IMG/VR virus record: IMGVR_UViG_3300020598_000119
DNA length: 64,000 bases
Reading direction: 5' to 3' (one strand)
Source: a virus
Taxonomy: Duplodnaviria > Caudoviricetes
This document shows positions 47,900 to 58,138 of this stretch, one piece after another. Position 1 is the first letter of the stretch. The number at the start of each line of letters is the position of its first letter. Made by a program: the position numbers and the translations under genes. The notes beneath the pieces are model-generated. The model searched no databases, had not been told where the DNA came from, and was given only the letters and a program-made list of their open reading frames with translations.

Positions 47900-49021
47900 T
47901 CATTCAGCTGCCATCAGCATCGAGCCGATACCCGCTTCCTTTTCTGCAACCAGGTGCATTTCCAGACTTTTGGCGAGACCAAGCGCGGCAAGATATGGAA
48001 CGCCGTTCCCGATGGTTTTGAAGCATGCGCTGAGCGGCATGTCCTCTGGCAGCTGATACTCAGCCGGAAGTGACTGGATAGCCAAGGCTTCAGAAACGGA
48101 GATGCGACGTGGTTCGTAGGGATGAAGGTGAACTTCGTTATTCCCGTACGCGGCCGTGGGGCTATAGCGCCAACGGTGAAGGCGTTTGAAGGACTTCTTC
48201 TTCACATCCCCTTCGGGAACCGTGTGAAACTTATCCGACTGCGGATTGAACCACATTCCGCCATTCGGGTGGTTTTCGACGTCATTCTGGTCAAACCAAT
48301 GCTGCACAGTCAGTTCGCGCGGAAGACCAAGCCCCTCAGGGAAGTCAAGTTCATCACCTTGAGCGAAGCTCTTTACGGTTGGCCATTCCAAAGCGAGAAC
48401 GTCTTCAGAATGCGTCATCGTGGATTCGAACGGGAACTTCAAGTCTTGACAGCCATGAAGAACCCCGACCAGAAAGATACGCTTGCGGTCCTGGCCGACG
48501 CCATATGCTACAGCACTGGTCAGTCGGTCATGCAGGGTAAATCCTGCATTCGCGACAATGGCCTTCTGTTCATCGTAGAACTGACGATGGACCTTGGTTC
48601 GCCACAACCCTTCGACATTCTCGAATACGAAGAAATCCGGCTTAATTTGGCTGATCAAACCAAAGTAGATGGACGTCAATCGACCATGGTCGCCTTCAGA
48701 ACCAGCGTTTTTGCCACCAATCGAAAAATCGGGGCAGGGCGGTCCACCAACGAAACCAACTTTTCGTCCAGAGCGGCGGATATCGTCGACAACAGCCTTC
48801 AAGATGGCCAAGTGAGCGCCGGAATTGAATTCTTCGATACTACCGAGATGATGGCCATAGCGCGGGCGAGGAGAGCCAAGAAGCTCTCTAGAATGCATAT
48901 AGCCGTCCAGAAACTCTGGAGCGTACTCGTTGACCATATCAATGCGGAAACCCGCATGCTCAAAGCCGAGGTCGAGAAATCCAGCGCCAGTGAAGAAACT
49001 AATAATCGAATGCATTGCCAC
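47900..49021 (-). CDS. dcm: C5-cytosine DNA methyltransferase
   Basis: 'SFFTGAG..DLG', 'GGPPCPDFS', 'FENV', 'Q.RKR', 'IGNGVP'. Confidence 0.92.
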   Translation of the reverse strand: MAMHSIISFFTGAGFLDLGFEHAGFRIDMVNEYAPEFLDGYMHSRELLGSPRPRYGHHLGSIEEFNSGAHLAILKAVVDDIRRSGRKVGFVGGPPCPDFSIGGKNAGSEGDHGRLTSIYFGLISQIKPDFFVFENVEGLWRTKVHRQFYDEQKAIVANAGFTLHDRLTSAVAYGVGQDRKRIFLVGVLHGCQDLKFPFESTMTHSEDVLALEWPTVKSFAQGDELDFPEGLGLPRELTVQHWFDQNDVENHPNGGMWFNPQSDKFHTVPEGDVKKKSFKRLHRWRYSPTAAYGNNEVHLHPYEPRRISVSEALAIQSLPAEYQLPEDMPLSACFKTIGNGVPYLAALGLAKSLEMHLVAEKEAGIGSMLMAAE

Positions 49022-49023
49022 AC

Positions 49024-50190
49024 CTATTTCAGAGCACGAAGAACGCCACGAATTGCGCGCTCTGCAACGGGCACGACAACAGACTCCCCAAGAAGATGGT
49101 AAGTGGTCTCTTCATGGGTGGGAACCTTGAATTCGGGGTCTATCCCCAACAGATTCTTGACCTCACCAACCGTTAGCATTCGATGGCCGATGTCGGTTTT
49201 GACAACCGCTGCAGACGGATCGTGCCAATAGTCATAATCGATGCGACCAGCGTGCTGCCGAGGGAACTTGCGTGCGCTCTCCCGTACGCTTGAGAGCACA
49301 GGTCCGTCATTGGCTGCTCGGTCTATAAAGGAGGAAGCCAGACGAGTAACAATTTCCGTACCAACCGGACGAACCACTGCGGTAAATGACGGTGCGACCG
49401 CAATAAAAAGCTCGTGTCCTTCCATAGGAACAAACCACTCGACATCAATAACCATCGGCTGGACTTCGTGATTACGGAAATGTCGAGCGATGACCTTACA
49501 ATATGCGTCTGGATCTATTCCCAATCTCTGACCAATTGTCCAATCGACACGGAACAAAGTACAAGCTGTTCGCTTTCGACGGCCTGCTGCGGTTTCAATG
49601 ATCTTCGTGACTGCGGGATCGACCTGCCCAATGCCTACGAAAGCCGAAAAGGGCAGATTGACCAGCGTTAAATCAACAGTGACATCCGTTTCCAAAAGAC
49701 TATCGCTGCCGCGATTTTCACTGAAAGTGGGTCGCGCCATGGGAGCAACCAAACAGGAGCCATGCGGAACGCCCCCGATATTCATCGCCGCTAAGCCAAG
49801 TGCACCAAGTCCTGGATTAATTTCTGTGAAGGAAAAGACCTGGTCGGCCACCCCTAGCTCCAACGAATCTTCTACCATCATCCGTAACACAGAGAGAAGA
49901 CGTTGTGCATAGGTGACGCGATCAGTGTCCGCCTTAATCAAGGCGACAAGCTCAGGATTTTCGATCAAGGCGGAAGGTGAAAGATCGCCAGCCAGATCCA
50001 ACTTATTCAATGCGTCGGAAAAAACCGACTTAATCTTCGGAATGGACGTTTTGGGATGACCCGACACGCAAAGCCAAGTCACCAGCGAGCGCACAACGTC
50101 GCGGCGACGAATTTCAACGTTTATGCTGTCAGCCTGCTGACCATCTAAAGAAGTCATAAATCCCTGCCAATTCGATATCTGCCATACCAA
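49024..50190 (-). CDS. degenerate C5-methyltransferase-like protein
   Basis: 'FTEINPGLGALG' (motif I-like), 'RMLTVGEV..LLG...FKVP...TYHLLGESVVVPV' (motifs IX/X-like), no catalytic PC. Confidence 0.55.
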   Translation of the reverse strand: MVWQISNWQGFMTSLDGQQADSINVEIRRRDVVRSLVTWLCVSGHPKTSIPKIKSVFSDALNKLDLAGDLSPSALIENPELVALIKADTDRVTYAQRLLSVLRMMVEDSLELGVADQVFSFTEINPGLGALGLAAMNIGGVPHGSCLVAPMARPTFSENRGSDSLLETDVTVDLTLVNLPFSAFVGIGQVDPAVTKIIETAAGRRKRTACTLFRVDWTIGQRLGIDPDAYCKVIARHFRNHEVQPMVIDVEWFVPMEGHELFIAVAPSFTAVVRPVGTEIVTRLASSFIDRAANDGPVLSSVRESARKFPRQHAGRIDYDYWHDPSAAVVKTDIGHRMLTVGEVKNLLGIDPEFKVPTHEETTYHLLGESVVVPVAERAIRGVLRALK

Positions 50191-50409
50191 ATCGTTGTCA
50201 AAATTAGGTAATGAAGCTGAATTTATCCTGTTTTAATCACCTGAAATTGTCAACCAATTTGCACTGCGCCTGTGATTTAAAATAAACACGATTTATCGAA
50301 ACTGCCTTAAATCAAGAGATTTAAGGAATTATCGAGGACCGTATCTATTGCGCCGATGGCCGAATTAAACATATTATGCAAAATCCATTTAACAAAGAAG
50401 GTACAGCAA

Positions 50410-50616
50410 GTGGAAGTTAAGGTTCGCGATAATCAGGTTGATAAGGCACTTCGAGTTCTCAAGCGAAAGCTGCAGGCAGAAGGCATTTTCCGTGAGATGC
50501 GACAGCGCGAGTTTTATGAATCTCCATCGGAAAAGCGTCGCCGCGAAAAAAACGAAGCTACACGCCGTTATCAGCGCGAGCGTCGCAGGCAAGCTGAAGC
50601 TGACCGTCGTCGCTAA
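50410..50616 (+). CDS. rpsU: 30S ribosomal protein bS21
   Basis: '[37 protein letters not shown]'. Confidence 0.93.
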   Translation: MEVKVRDNQVDKALRVLKRKLQAEGIFREMRQREFYESPSEKRRREKNEATRRYQRERRRQAEADRRR

Positions 50617-50630
50617 GCAGGAGAATTATC

Positions 50631-50882
50631 GTGGCTTGTGATGTCGTTGTAACAGAAGGTGGACGCCTTACAATTGTTTGCGACGCAGGACCACGAATAC
50701 CTCAGGCCGCCTTAATACAGGGCGGTCATATTTTTTTGGTGTATGATGGTGGGCACTTCCATCTAGGTGAGTTGATGCCAGCTGTTTACACTCAAGCCCT
50801 CAAATGCACATTCGCCATGTTCGTCATGATGGATGGAGTGTCGGTGAAATCTTCGACCGAGATCAGGCTGCAAATTGACTGA
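50631..50882 (+). CDS. hypothetical protein
   Basis: AGGAG RBS, GTG start. Confidence 0.5.
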   Translation: MACDVVVTEGGRLTIVCDAGPRIPQAALIQGGHIFLVYDGGHFHLGELMPAVYTQALKCTFAMFVMMDGVSVKSSTEIRLQID

Positions 50883-51504
50883 AGCAGCGAATAATAGCCG
50901 TTTAATCCTACCAGAAACCATATCGTTCCTGATTGGCGAACTCGGTCAGATCGCATCAGACGACATTGCGTGGTCGGAAACGATAACTCCTCCATCCAAT
51001 CCCGAAGACTTTGCTGTCGAAGCCATATGGATCATCTGTAATTCCGGAATGAAGGCCACGATTGCGAGGCAAATCGAAGGGCGAGTTCTCGCGGCTATCA
51101 AATCAGGTCGTTCCATCCACGAAGTGTTCGGTCATAAAGGCAAAGCGGCGGCGATGGAGACCATCTGGAGCGAACGGCAGCGGTTTTTCGACGAATTTAA
51201 TAATGCTACTGACAAGCTCTCATATCTCGAAACCATGCCGTGGATCGGCAAAATCACGAAGTACCACCTGGCCAAGAACTACGGTGTCGACTGCGCCAAG
51301 CCTGACATCCATCTCCAGCGGCTAGCTGATAGAGAGAATACTTCAGTTCATGAGATGTGCGCGAGACTCGCTACCGAAACTGGATATCGCATCGCCACAA
51401 TCGACGTTATTCTGTGGCGAGCGTGCGCCACAGGACTGATCAATTCGCGAACAGGGGAGATTTGTCCAAAGCGTGAAATGCCCACTATCCTCAATAACCA
51501 ATGA
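50875..51504 (+). CDS. HhH-GPD-like DNA glycosylase-related protein
   Basis: 'MPWIGKITKYHLAKN.G.D.AKPDIHL.R', 'IDVILWR'. Confidence 0.65.
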   Translation: MTEAANNSRLILPETISFLIGELGQIASDDIAWSETITPPSNPEDFAVEAIWIICNSGMKATIARQIEGRVLAAIKSGRSIHEVFGHKGKAAAMETIWSERQRFFDEFNNATDKLSYLETMPWIGKITKYHLAKNYGVDCAKPDIHLQRLADRENTSVHEMCARLATETGYRIATIDVILWRACATGLINSRTGEICPKREMPTILNNQ

Positions 51505-51517
51505 TAGGAGCAAGAGC

Positions 51518-51805
51518 ATGGGTACACTTCCTGGCATTTCATCGATTTCGGACCCAGACGAAATCGCATTCACCCCTATAGGCGAAGGCTTTCTCAAAAA
51601 GCATGGCCGAATAAAGTGTCCTTGTTGCCGCCAAGACGGCGTTGAACGCATCGTTGAGATCGCTCCTGCCGTGAACGGTGCTACTCGTAAGCAAGCTGCA
51701 GTTTGCCGCAATCATGAAGAAGAGGGACGGCAGGCATTCAGGCGGTCCTGGGAGTCGTCCAGACCAGATTACTCTGACGCAGCGTTCTCGCTTGGAATGC
51801 GGTAG
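51518..51805 (+). CDS. small Cys/His-rich hypothetical protein
   Basis: AGGAG RBS; 'CPCC..CRNH'. Confidence 0.45.
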   Translation: MGTLPGISSISDPDEIAFTPIGEGFLKKHGRIKCPCCRQDGVERIVEIAPAVNGATRKQAAVCRNHEEEGRQAFRRSWESSRPDYSDAAFSLGMR

Positions 51806-51914
51806 AAATTCACATGGGGAGTCTAAGAATCTAATAGATTCAATAGCTTAAGTCGTAGTCCCTGTTGACATCAGGATCGGCGATAGCCTAGCCTGCTCAG
51901 AAAGGAGTACGGCT

Positions 51915-52376
51915 ATGGCATCTATATATTTCAAAGGACGCATCGACTTCGAGACGCTCTCAATGAGCGAGATAAGCGCGATCACCGCTGCTGTCGCAAC
52001 ACTGGAAACGATGGCTAAGAAGCATGGGTTCGAGTTTGTCTCTGGCCCTTCGCGCAAAGGATCTCCTCGGCCAGATATGGCAGGACCAAGATCGACCACT
52101 CGGCCAAAGGCACAACGCCGATTGCTGTTAGCGCTCATCTCTCGCGATCACCCAATGACAGTACGTGAAATAGCTGAAACCACCGGATTAAAAGAGGGAA
52201 CGATTAATCCGCATCTTTCAGCACTCTACAGCAGTGGAATAATTCACCGTATAAGGCAACGGATTCCTGCACCTGAAGGATTCGGGAGGAAATCAACTAC
52301 GGCATATTCCCTCACGGAAGATGGAATAGCCGTCGCCGAAGAAATAAGAAAATCAGGCGAAACTCTGATCGACTGA
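51915..52376 (+). CDS. winged-helix transcriptional regulator
   Basis: 'MTVREIAETTGLKEGTINPHLSALYSSGII.R...YSLT..G'. Confidence 0.75.
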   Translation: MASIYFKGRIDFETLSMSEISAITAAVATLETMAKKHGFEFVSGPSRKGSPRPDMAGPRSTTRPKAQRRLLLALISRDHPMTVREIAETTGLKEGTINPHLSALYSSGIIHRIRQRIPAPEGFGRKSTTAYSLTEDGIAVAEEIRKSGETLID

Positions 52377-52421
52377 TTTTCATTCTTGCAATTGTCCGCT
52401 TCAGACGGCATAAGTGGTTTT

Positions 52422-52490
52422 ATGTGCAAGTTATTGAAAATCACAGCAGGCAATCCTGCATCGATGAATTGGTGGCGCTCAGTCAACTGA
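52422..52490 (+). CDS. trpL-like leader peptide MCKLLKITAGNPASMNWWRSVN
   Basis: tandem TGG TGG upstream of trpS; promoter-like TTGCAA-N17-CATAAG at 52386-52414. Confidence 0.7.
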   Translation: MCKLLKITAGNPASMNWWRSVN

Positions 52491-52617
52491 GCGGCCCATA
52501 ACGTATGCACGTTTAAATTTCAAACACGTAGACGAATGGGACCGTTCCGCAGGGAAGGGCTTCTATTCGAATTCCGACATTGCGGGCGGTCCTCAATCAT
52601 CAGGAAAGGACCATCCA

Positions 52618-53625
52618 ATGTCTACCATCAATAGCGCCCCAATCGCACTAACGGGCGACCGTCCGACTGGACCTCTTCATCTCGGTCACTACGCAGGCTC
52701 TCTGCAGCAGCGACTTCGTCTTCAGGATGAAGGATATCGTTGCTTCGTTATGATTGCCGACATGCAGGCGTACACCGACAATGCAGACAACACCGCGAAG
52801 ATCAGAGACGCCATTCCGCAGGTGGTCTCGGACTATCTCGCAATCGGTCTCGATCCTAGTAGGACAACAATCTTCCTGCAGTCGGCCGTGCCTGAACTCG
52901 CAGAGCTGACGATGCTCTATATGAATTTCATCACGGTGTCCCGTCTGGAGCGAAATCCGACGATCCGCGATGAACTCAAGTTGCGAGAATTCGAGCGTGA
53001 TATCCCTTCAGGCTTCCTGTGCTACCCAGTATCGCAAGCGGCCGACATAACGGCGTTCAAGGCCACTTGTGTCCCAGTTGGAGGTGACCAGCTCCCAATG
53101 ATTGAATTGGCTCAGGAAGTCGCCAGAAAGATCAACCGCGCAGGCGGCAGGGAAATTCTGCCAACGCCAAAGAGCCTCCTGTCCAAGGTCACACGCCTTC
53201 CAGGAATCGACGGCAAAGCGAAGGCGAGCAAGTCTCTTGGCAACGCCATATTCCTTTCGGACAGCCAGAAAGAGGTAAAGGACAAGGTCATGGCGATGTA
53301 CACCGACCCCAACCACATCCGCGTCAGTGACCCCGGACAGGTCGAAGGAAATGTCGTGTTTTCGTACCTGGACGCCTTCGAAAACGACCAGGAGAAGGTT
53401 GAAGACCTGAAGAGACGGTATCGTGCGGGCGGCTTGGGCGATGTCACAATCAAGAAGGAGCTGATCTCATCCCTTGAACGGGTCATGATGCCTATTCGTG
53501 ACCAGCGGGCGGCAAATGATGCCGATTACAAAGACATCATCCGTCAGGGATCGCAGGAAGCAAGAGAAGTTGCGGCGCAAACGCTTGCTGATGTCAAAGA
53601 CGCACTCGGTGTGTTCTCAATCTAA
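52618..53625 (+). CDS. trpS: tryptophan--tRNA ligase
   Basis: 'TGDRPTGPLHLGHY', 'YPVSQAADI', 'VPVGGDQ', 'KASKS' (KMSKS variant). Confidence 0.95.
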   Translation: MSTINSAPIALTGDRPTGPLHLGHYAGSLQQRLRLQDEGYRCFVMIADMQAYTDNADNTAKIRDAIPQVVSDYLAIGLDPSRTTIFLQSAVPELAELTMLYMNFITVSRLERNPTIRDELKLREFERDIPSGFLCYPVSQAADITAFKATCVPVGGDQLPMIELAQEVARKINRAGGREILPTPKSLLSKVTRLPGIDGKAKASKSLGNAIFLSDSQKEVKDKVMAMYTDPNHIRVSDPGQVEGNVVFSYLDAFENDQEKVEDLKRRYRAGGLGDVTIKKELISSLERVMMPIRDQRAANDADYKDIIRQGSQEAREVAAQTLADVKDALGVFSI

Positions 53626-53632
53626 ACCACAG

Positions 53633-53661
53633 AAAAAGGCTCCTACATATGGAGCTTTTTT
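53633..53661. terminator. terminator after trpS
   Basis: AAAAAGGCTCC..GGAGCTTTTTT. Confidence 0.7.
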
Positions 53662-53665
53662 AGAT

Positions 53666-54272
53666 TTATGGAGCAGGGGCGCTAAATCCTGCTTCATTAT
53701 CATAGTCGCCGTAGTCAATGCAATTTTTGAAAACAATTCGGAAGGTATCATCAGCAGAACGCCGCTCGGACATCTTCTCGATCATTTTCTCACAATCCGA
53801 AACGAGAGCACGAACGAACGTAGCGCCGTCTGCGGTGATGCACTCTGCTTCAAAAAAAAATCTCAACCTTGTCAGCAAAGCCTCGATCTTGAATAGTCTG
53901 GACATTCGCCTCGATGATATCCGAAATCGTCCTGCGAAGCGCTCTTCCGTGCCCTTTACCTCTAAGAGTTGGGTTCACAAAAACTCCATGCAGATTATAG
54001 GAACATTTGGCCACCCACTCTTCACCCTGCAGCTCCCTGTGTGACATCATATCGAAAGCCGCAAATCCTGTAGAAAAACTCCCCCAACCTGATTTTACCG
54101 AGATCAATTTTTGGTCGTACGCAACTGCGTTGTCGATCCAAGCGATTGGATCGCAATCATCATCTGATATGCCGATCCCGCGCTTCAGGTCGTCTATCTG
54201 ACTGCCCGTAACTAGAGACGTCTGGAAAAGAGGAAAGCCAAGAGAAGGCAAGTTGTTTACTGTCTTATCCAT
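53666..54272 (-). pseudogene. GNAT-like protein split by a frameshift in a T9 run
   Basis: 'VFVNPTLRGKGHGRAL'; the frames join if T9 (53852-53860) were T8. Confidence 0.6.
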
Positions 54273-54437
54273 TGAGGTCGTTATCCCGTGTCTCTTTAAA
54301 TCCTAATTATGATTTGTGTGGCGCATCTCACAAGCCGACACATTTGTGGGTTTCATCCTTCGCGCACAAAATTGGAGAACGATCACAACTTGACAGGCCG
54401 AGCCACATCATGTGCCTATCTCGGCATGGAGACCAAC

Positions 54438-56726
54438 ATGGAAATCAGCCGCGTCACAACGCCCAAGGAATTTTTCGTCAAGGAGCGCGATTCCTTCTAC
54501 AGCCTCTGGACGCTATCATTCTGGCGTGAGTTTTTTCAGAATAGTGTTGATGCCGGATCAAAGAATATCGACATCAACATAAGCACAGAAGAAGGTCGCG
54601 GTGACTTTGATAACATCGGTAATTCCGAAAAGAAAGTGACTCGCATCGTTTTTACTGATGACGGTTGCGGCATGACTGAAGAGGTCCTCAACAAGGTCTA
54701 CTTCGCCATCGGACAGACCACCAAAGATGACGGCTCAAGCGTTGGCGGTTACGGCCGCGCTCGCCTGATGACCTGCTTTTCACAGGACCGATATTCCATC
54801 CTTACGCGTGATCGTTATGTGATGGGCAATGGCCCTGACTACGTGAACTTCAGCCTTGATGAAGCCGAGCGCGAGCTTGTTAAGGCGCTGGAGGAGATGC
54901 CAGAGCCACCAGCTGACGATTATATCAGGCATCGCAATTACTTGATCAGTCGCCGTGGTTTGAACAGCGATCTAGAGATGGTGCGAGAGTCCAAGGCACA
55001 GGGCGGATTCAATGGCTGCCGTGTTGAGGTCGACCTGGACCAGTCCACTGGCAACTACAGAAACAGACCGACGACGGAAACGATGAATGAGCGGCTCAGG
55101 ACATATCTGTCTGAAAGCCAGATCAAGCCTAACGTCACCATCAATGGTAAGACGCCGGAAGAGTATTTCGAGGCCGAGAACAAGATACAGGCTCGTCGCG
55201 GGCGTACCAAGCGCACACTTTCGACCGAAATCGACGGTCAAATGACAGAGTTCGCCACTGTCCACATCAGCGACAGCGATAAAGCCATCCACAAGGGAAA
55301 GGCTATTATCCGCGTCGATGGCGCGTCAATGTACACCGTCTCGCTAGACCCAGAGGTCCAGGTGATCATCGAGATCAACCAAAAACTCTCGCGTCTAGCC
55401 CTCACCTCCAATCGAGATGGTATGAAGGAAGGCTTCAGCGATGCCCTCCATAAGTTTATCACCGAGCTGAACATCGACAACACGTCCGCTCTGGCCGATA
55501 AAGTCAGCAAAGACAACTACAAAATTAAGGGCGATAAGGGGATGCTGGTAGCTACCCTACCAAGCCTGTCCAAAATCACCTCAGAAGATCTATCGTTCGA
55601 GGAACAGCACGCAGCTGTCGAAATCTCGACACGTGTAAAATCATCCTCGGTAAACACGCTTGAAGATCTCAAGGAACGAGGCATATCGCAGGATGCAATT
55701 GAGGAACTTGTCAAGAAAACTCATTGGGGGGAGAGCATCGTTTCAAAGATGCGGTGGTCCTATGATTTCCCGCTAAAGAACGATGTCGAACAGTTCATCA
55801 ACTCCGTTCAGGACAGAATATATGAAGGCGATGCCAAGGCCGACATCTTCCTGAAGTACGCTTCCGCTCCGCTCAAGGAATGGATCATCCAGACGCTTGG
55901 CACCCGCAATGAGAAAGCGCTTGAGCAGACAAGGGCTGAGAACGAGCAACGCCTGAAGGATATGAATGACGTCTATGTCAGCATTGTATCCACGAACGAA
56001 AAGACGCGTGCTGCCATCCGACGAAACGATCCGAGGAAGTGGAACACTGCGACAGGTAAGGGCCGAGTGCCTCGCGCACTATTGTCAGCTTGGACAGCTG
56101 CCTGCTCGGTCGCCGTAGAGACCCTGATTAAGTCTAGGCCGTCAGCCGAGAACTTCCGGTGGACAACAGGGTGGGTATATTCGGTGCCAGAAGAGACCTT
56201 CCAAGGCGACAGATCCAGATCCGTATCGATTGAAGCCATGTGCTCTCTGAAAGACAGCGAGTACAAGTTCCTTCTCAATCCGATCAAGGAAGACGGTGTC
56301 CTTCGTTACTCAGTGACGGATGCCAAGGATCGTCAGCACTTGCAGGCACTTGCCATGCATGAAGTCGCCCACGTTCTGGAACACTACCACAATGAGTCTT
56401 ATGCAGGCGTTCTGACCGACCTGATGATCAACTACGACTTCAACGAAGCCAACAAGCGCATGAAGGAGTCAGTGAAGGCGGTTCTCTCTGCCTACGAAAG
56501 CGGCAGAGCAGTCGTCCAGCCAATGGACAAGGAGCCAGGTCCGCGACCAGCGGAACGCCTGATGGCTCTCGCTACGGCGAACGATCCAGAAGCAGCAGGG
56601 GAAGCGATTACCTGCAACGAGGACGGCACGTATCAAGTCGACACCGAGCGTCTGCAGGATCACGTCCAAGGCTACGACCATGTCCCCGACGACGCGAACA
56701 AAGTACAGTTCGGATACGGAAGATAA
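54438..56726 (+). CDS. GHKL (Hsp90/HATPase_c) ATPase with C-terminal HExxH motif
   Basis: 'REFFQNSVDAG', 'DDGCGM', 'GGYGRA', 'HEVAH'. Confidence 0.8.
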   Translation: MEISRVTTPKEFFVKERDSFYSLWTLSFWREFFQNSVDAGSKNIDINISTEEGRGDFDNIGNSEKKVTRIVFTDDGCGMTEEVLNKVYFAIGQTTKDDGSSVGGYGRARLMTCFSQDRYSILTRDRYVMGNGPDYVNFSLDEAERELVKALEEMPEPPADDYIRHRNYLISRRGLNSDLEMVRESKAQGGFNGCRVEVDLDQSTGNYRNRPTTETMNERLRTYLSESQIKPNVTINGKTPEEYFEAENKIQARRGRTKRTLSTEIDGQMTEFATVHISDSDKAIHKGKAIIRVDGASMYTVSLDPEVQVIIEINQKLSRLALTSNRDGMKEGFSDALHKFITELNIDNTSALADKVSKDNYKIKGDKGMLVATLPSLSKITSEDLSFEEQHAAVEISTRVKSSSVNTLEDLKERGISQDAIEELVKKTHWGESIVSKMRWSYDFPLKNDVEQFINSVQDRIYEGDAKADIFLKYASAPLKEWIIQTLGTRNEKALEQTRAENEQRLKDMNDVYVSIVSTNEKTRAAIRRNDPRKWNTATGKGRVPRALLSAWTAACSVAVETLIKSRPSAENFRWTTGWVYSVPEETFQGDRSRSVSIEAMCSLKDSEYKFLLNPIKEDGVLRYSVTDAKDRQHLQALAMHEVAHVLEHYHNESYAGVLTDLMINYDFNEANKRMKESVKAVLSAYESGRAVVQPMDKEPGPRPAERLMALATANDPEAAGEAITCNEDGTYQVDTERLQDHVQGYDHVPDDANKVQFGYGR

Positions 56727-56728
56727 AC

Positions 56729-57373
56729 ATGTCCAGTATCCCGACATTTGACGAACTCATTACCGAAGAATGGTTCAACAAAGGAATGGAAAACGGAAAC
56801 TTCGTTCCTGGTCATGGATCGGATATTGGCGAGCTGATTGCCGATATCCAAGACGGGGCAGCATGGCTTCCAGCCTGCCCAGATCACCTGAAGAATGTTG
56901 ATGTGATTGAAGCTGGCGAAGACCCAGAAATGCGTGCGGTCATTTGGCAATGGCTTGAGAAACGATATGCCGAAGTCATCGAAAATCTGCCGAAAGGCGA
57001 GCAGCTAAAACTTTATCGTGTCATGCGTGTCAATGATGATTGGATCGACGACCTGAAAACAGGAAAAGTCACCACGGGCATTTACTTTAGTGATGATCCA
57101 TACGTGGACGGCGGCTTCTGGCTTGATGAGAAAAAGTCTAACGAAATTCGATTGGAAGTCACAGTTAATCGAGCTGACATAGATTGGCACGGGACCATTC
57201 TTGCACGAATGGACTACATGACAGGCGACCCAGAAGCGGAAATTCGCATGAAAACGGACGCTCCTGTGATGGTTAATTCATTTTCTGACGATGACGATAC
57301 CTATGAAATACGGAAGTTACTTTCAACGGGACAACATTGGGTACAAGATGAAGCACCTTCGTTCGCTATGTAA
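56729..57373 (+). CDS. hypothetical protein
   Basis: 214-aa acidic ORF. Confidence 0.55.
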   Translation: MSSIPTFDELITEEWFNKGMENGNFVPGHGSDIGELIADIQDGAAWLPACPDHLKNVDVIEAGEDPEMRAVIWQWLEKRYAEVIENLPKGEQLKLYRVMRVNDDWIDDLKTGKVTTGIYFSDDPYVDGGFWLDEKKSNEIRLEVTVNRADIDWHGTILARMDYMTGDPEAEIRMKTDAPVMVNSFSDDDDTYEIRKLLSTGQHWVQDEAPSFAM

Positions 57374-57391
57374 CAAACAAAAAAAGGAATA

Positions 57392-58126
57392 ATGATGGCT
57401 AAGCTTTACTTGTCAGACGACAGCCCGGAACTTCACGAAGGCGAAGATATATCACGCACGCATATGTATGTCTGCGCAAACTACGTTGAGTCCGACAACA
57501 ATCTCAACGGACGATCATTTGCTTATGCAGATGCTGTGATGAACGACGGCAACAGATTGTCTAGGGTTGAGTTCTCATCAGAACCCAAAGGCACTGGTTT
57601 CTGGGTCATGCAGCACATGCGGACCGAAGACGCCGCGAATTTCCCAGTGGGCAAGGAAGTAACGCTGCATATGCGTAAAGGCGAGAGAGGATTCCCCGAA
57701 TATTTCGCAATTACAGATGGATTTTTTAACAAGAAGGAGAAAGAAATGGCGACAACTAATGAAATCATAGATGAATTTCTCAACGAATTCGCCACCAAAT
57801 TTGCCATGGTGAAGGCTGAAAATACGGAACTAATCGGCACCCTGACAAACGAAGTCACATCTGCTGGTGAAGATCTTTCTTCTGACGTTTTTTACGATAT
57901 CACTGATGAACTCAAGGGCAAGCTGGGTTCGATGGTAGCTAACTTACTTCAAGACACCGATGATCAAGATGCAGCCATTAACCGGGTGGAAAATTGGGTG
58001 TCAGAAAATGTCGCTAACGCTGGAATCGAAGATGGCATTACTGCCGCGATATGGCTCAATGGCCCAGAGTCGGCTACAACTGCCATACGTGAAGGCTTGG
58101 ATAATAGCCCAAAATCTTCGATGTAA
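57392..58126 (+). CDS. hypothetical protein
   Basis: 244-aa ORF. Confidence 0.55.
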   Translation: MMAKLYLSDDSPELHEGEDISRTHMYVCANYVESDNNLNGRSFAYADAVMNDGNRLSRVEFSSEPKGTGFWVMQHMRTEDAANFPVGKEVTLHMRKGERGFPEYFAITDGFFNKKEKEMATTNEIIDEFLNEFATKFAMVKAENTELIGTLTNEVTSAGEDLSSDVFYDITDELKGKLGSMVANLLQDTDDQDAAINRVENWVSENVANAGIEDGITAAIWLNGPESATTAIREGLDNSPKSSM

Positions 58127-58138
58127 AAAATCAGTGGG

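Noticed and set aside
48122-49102. 326-aa plus-strand ORF
   Set aside because: Fully antisense to the C5 methyltransferase, with no motifs; a shadow ORF.
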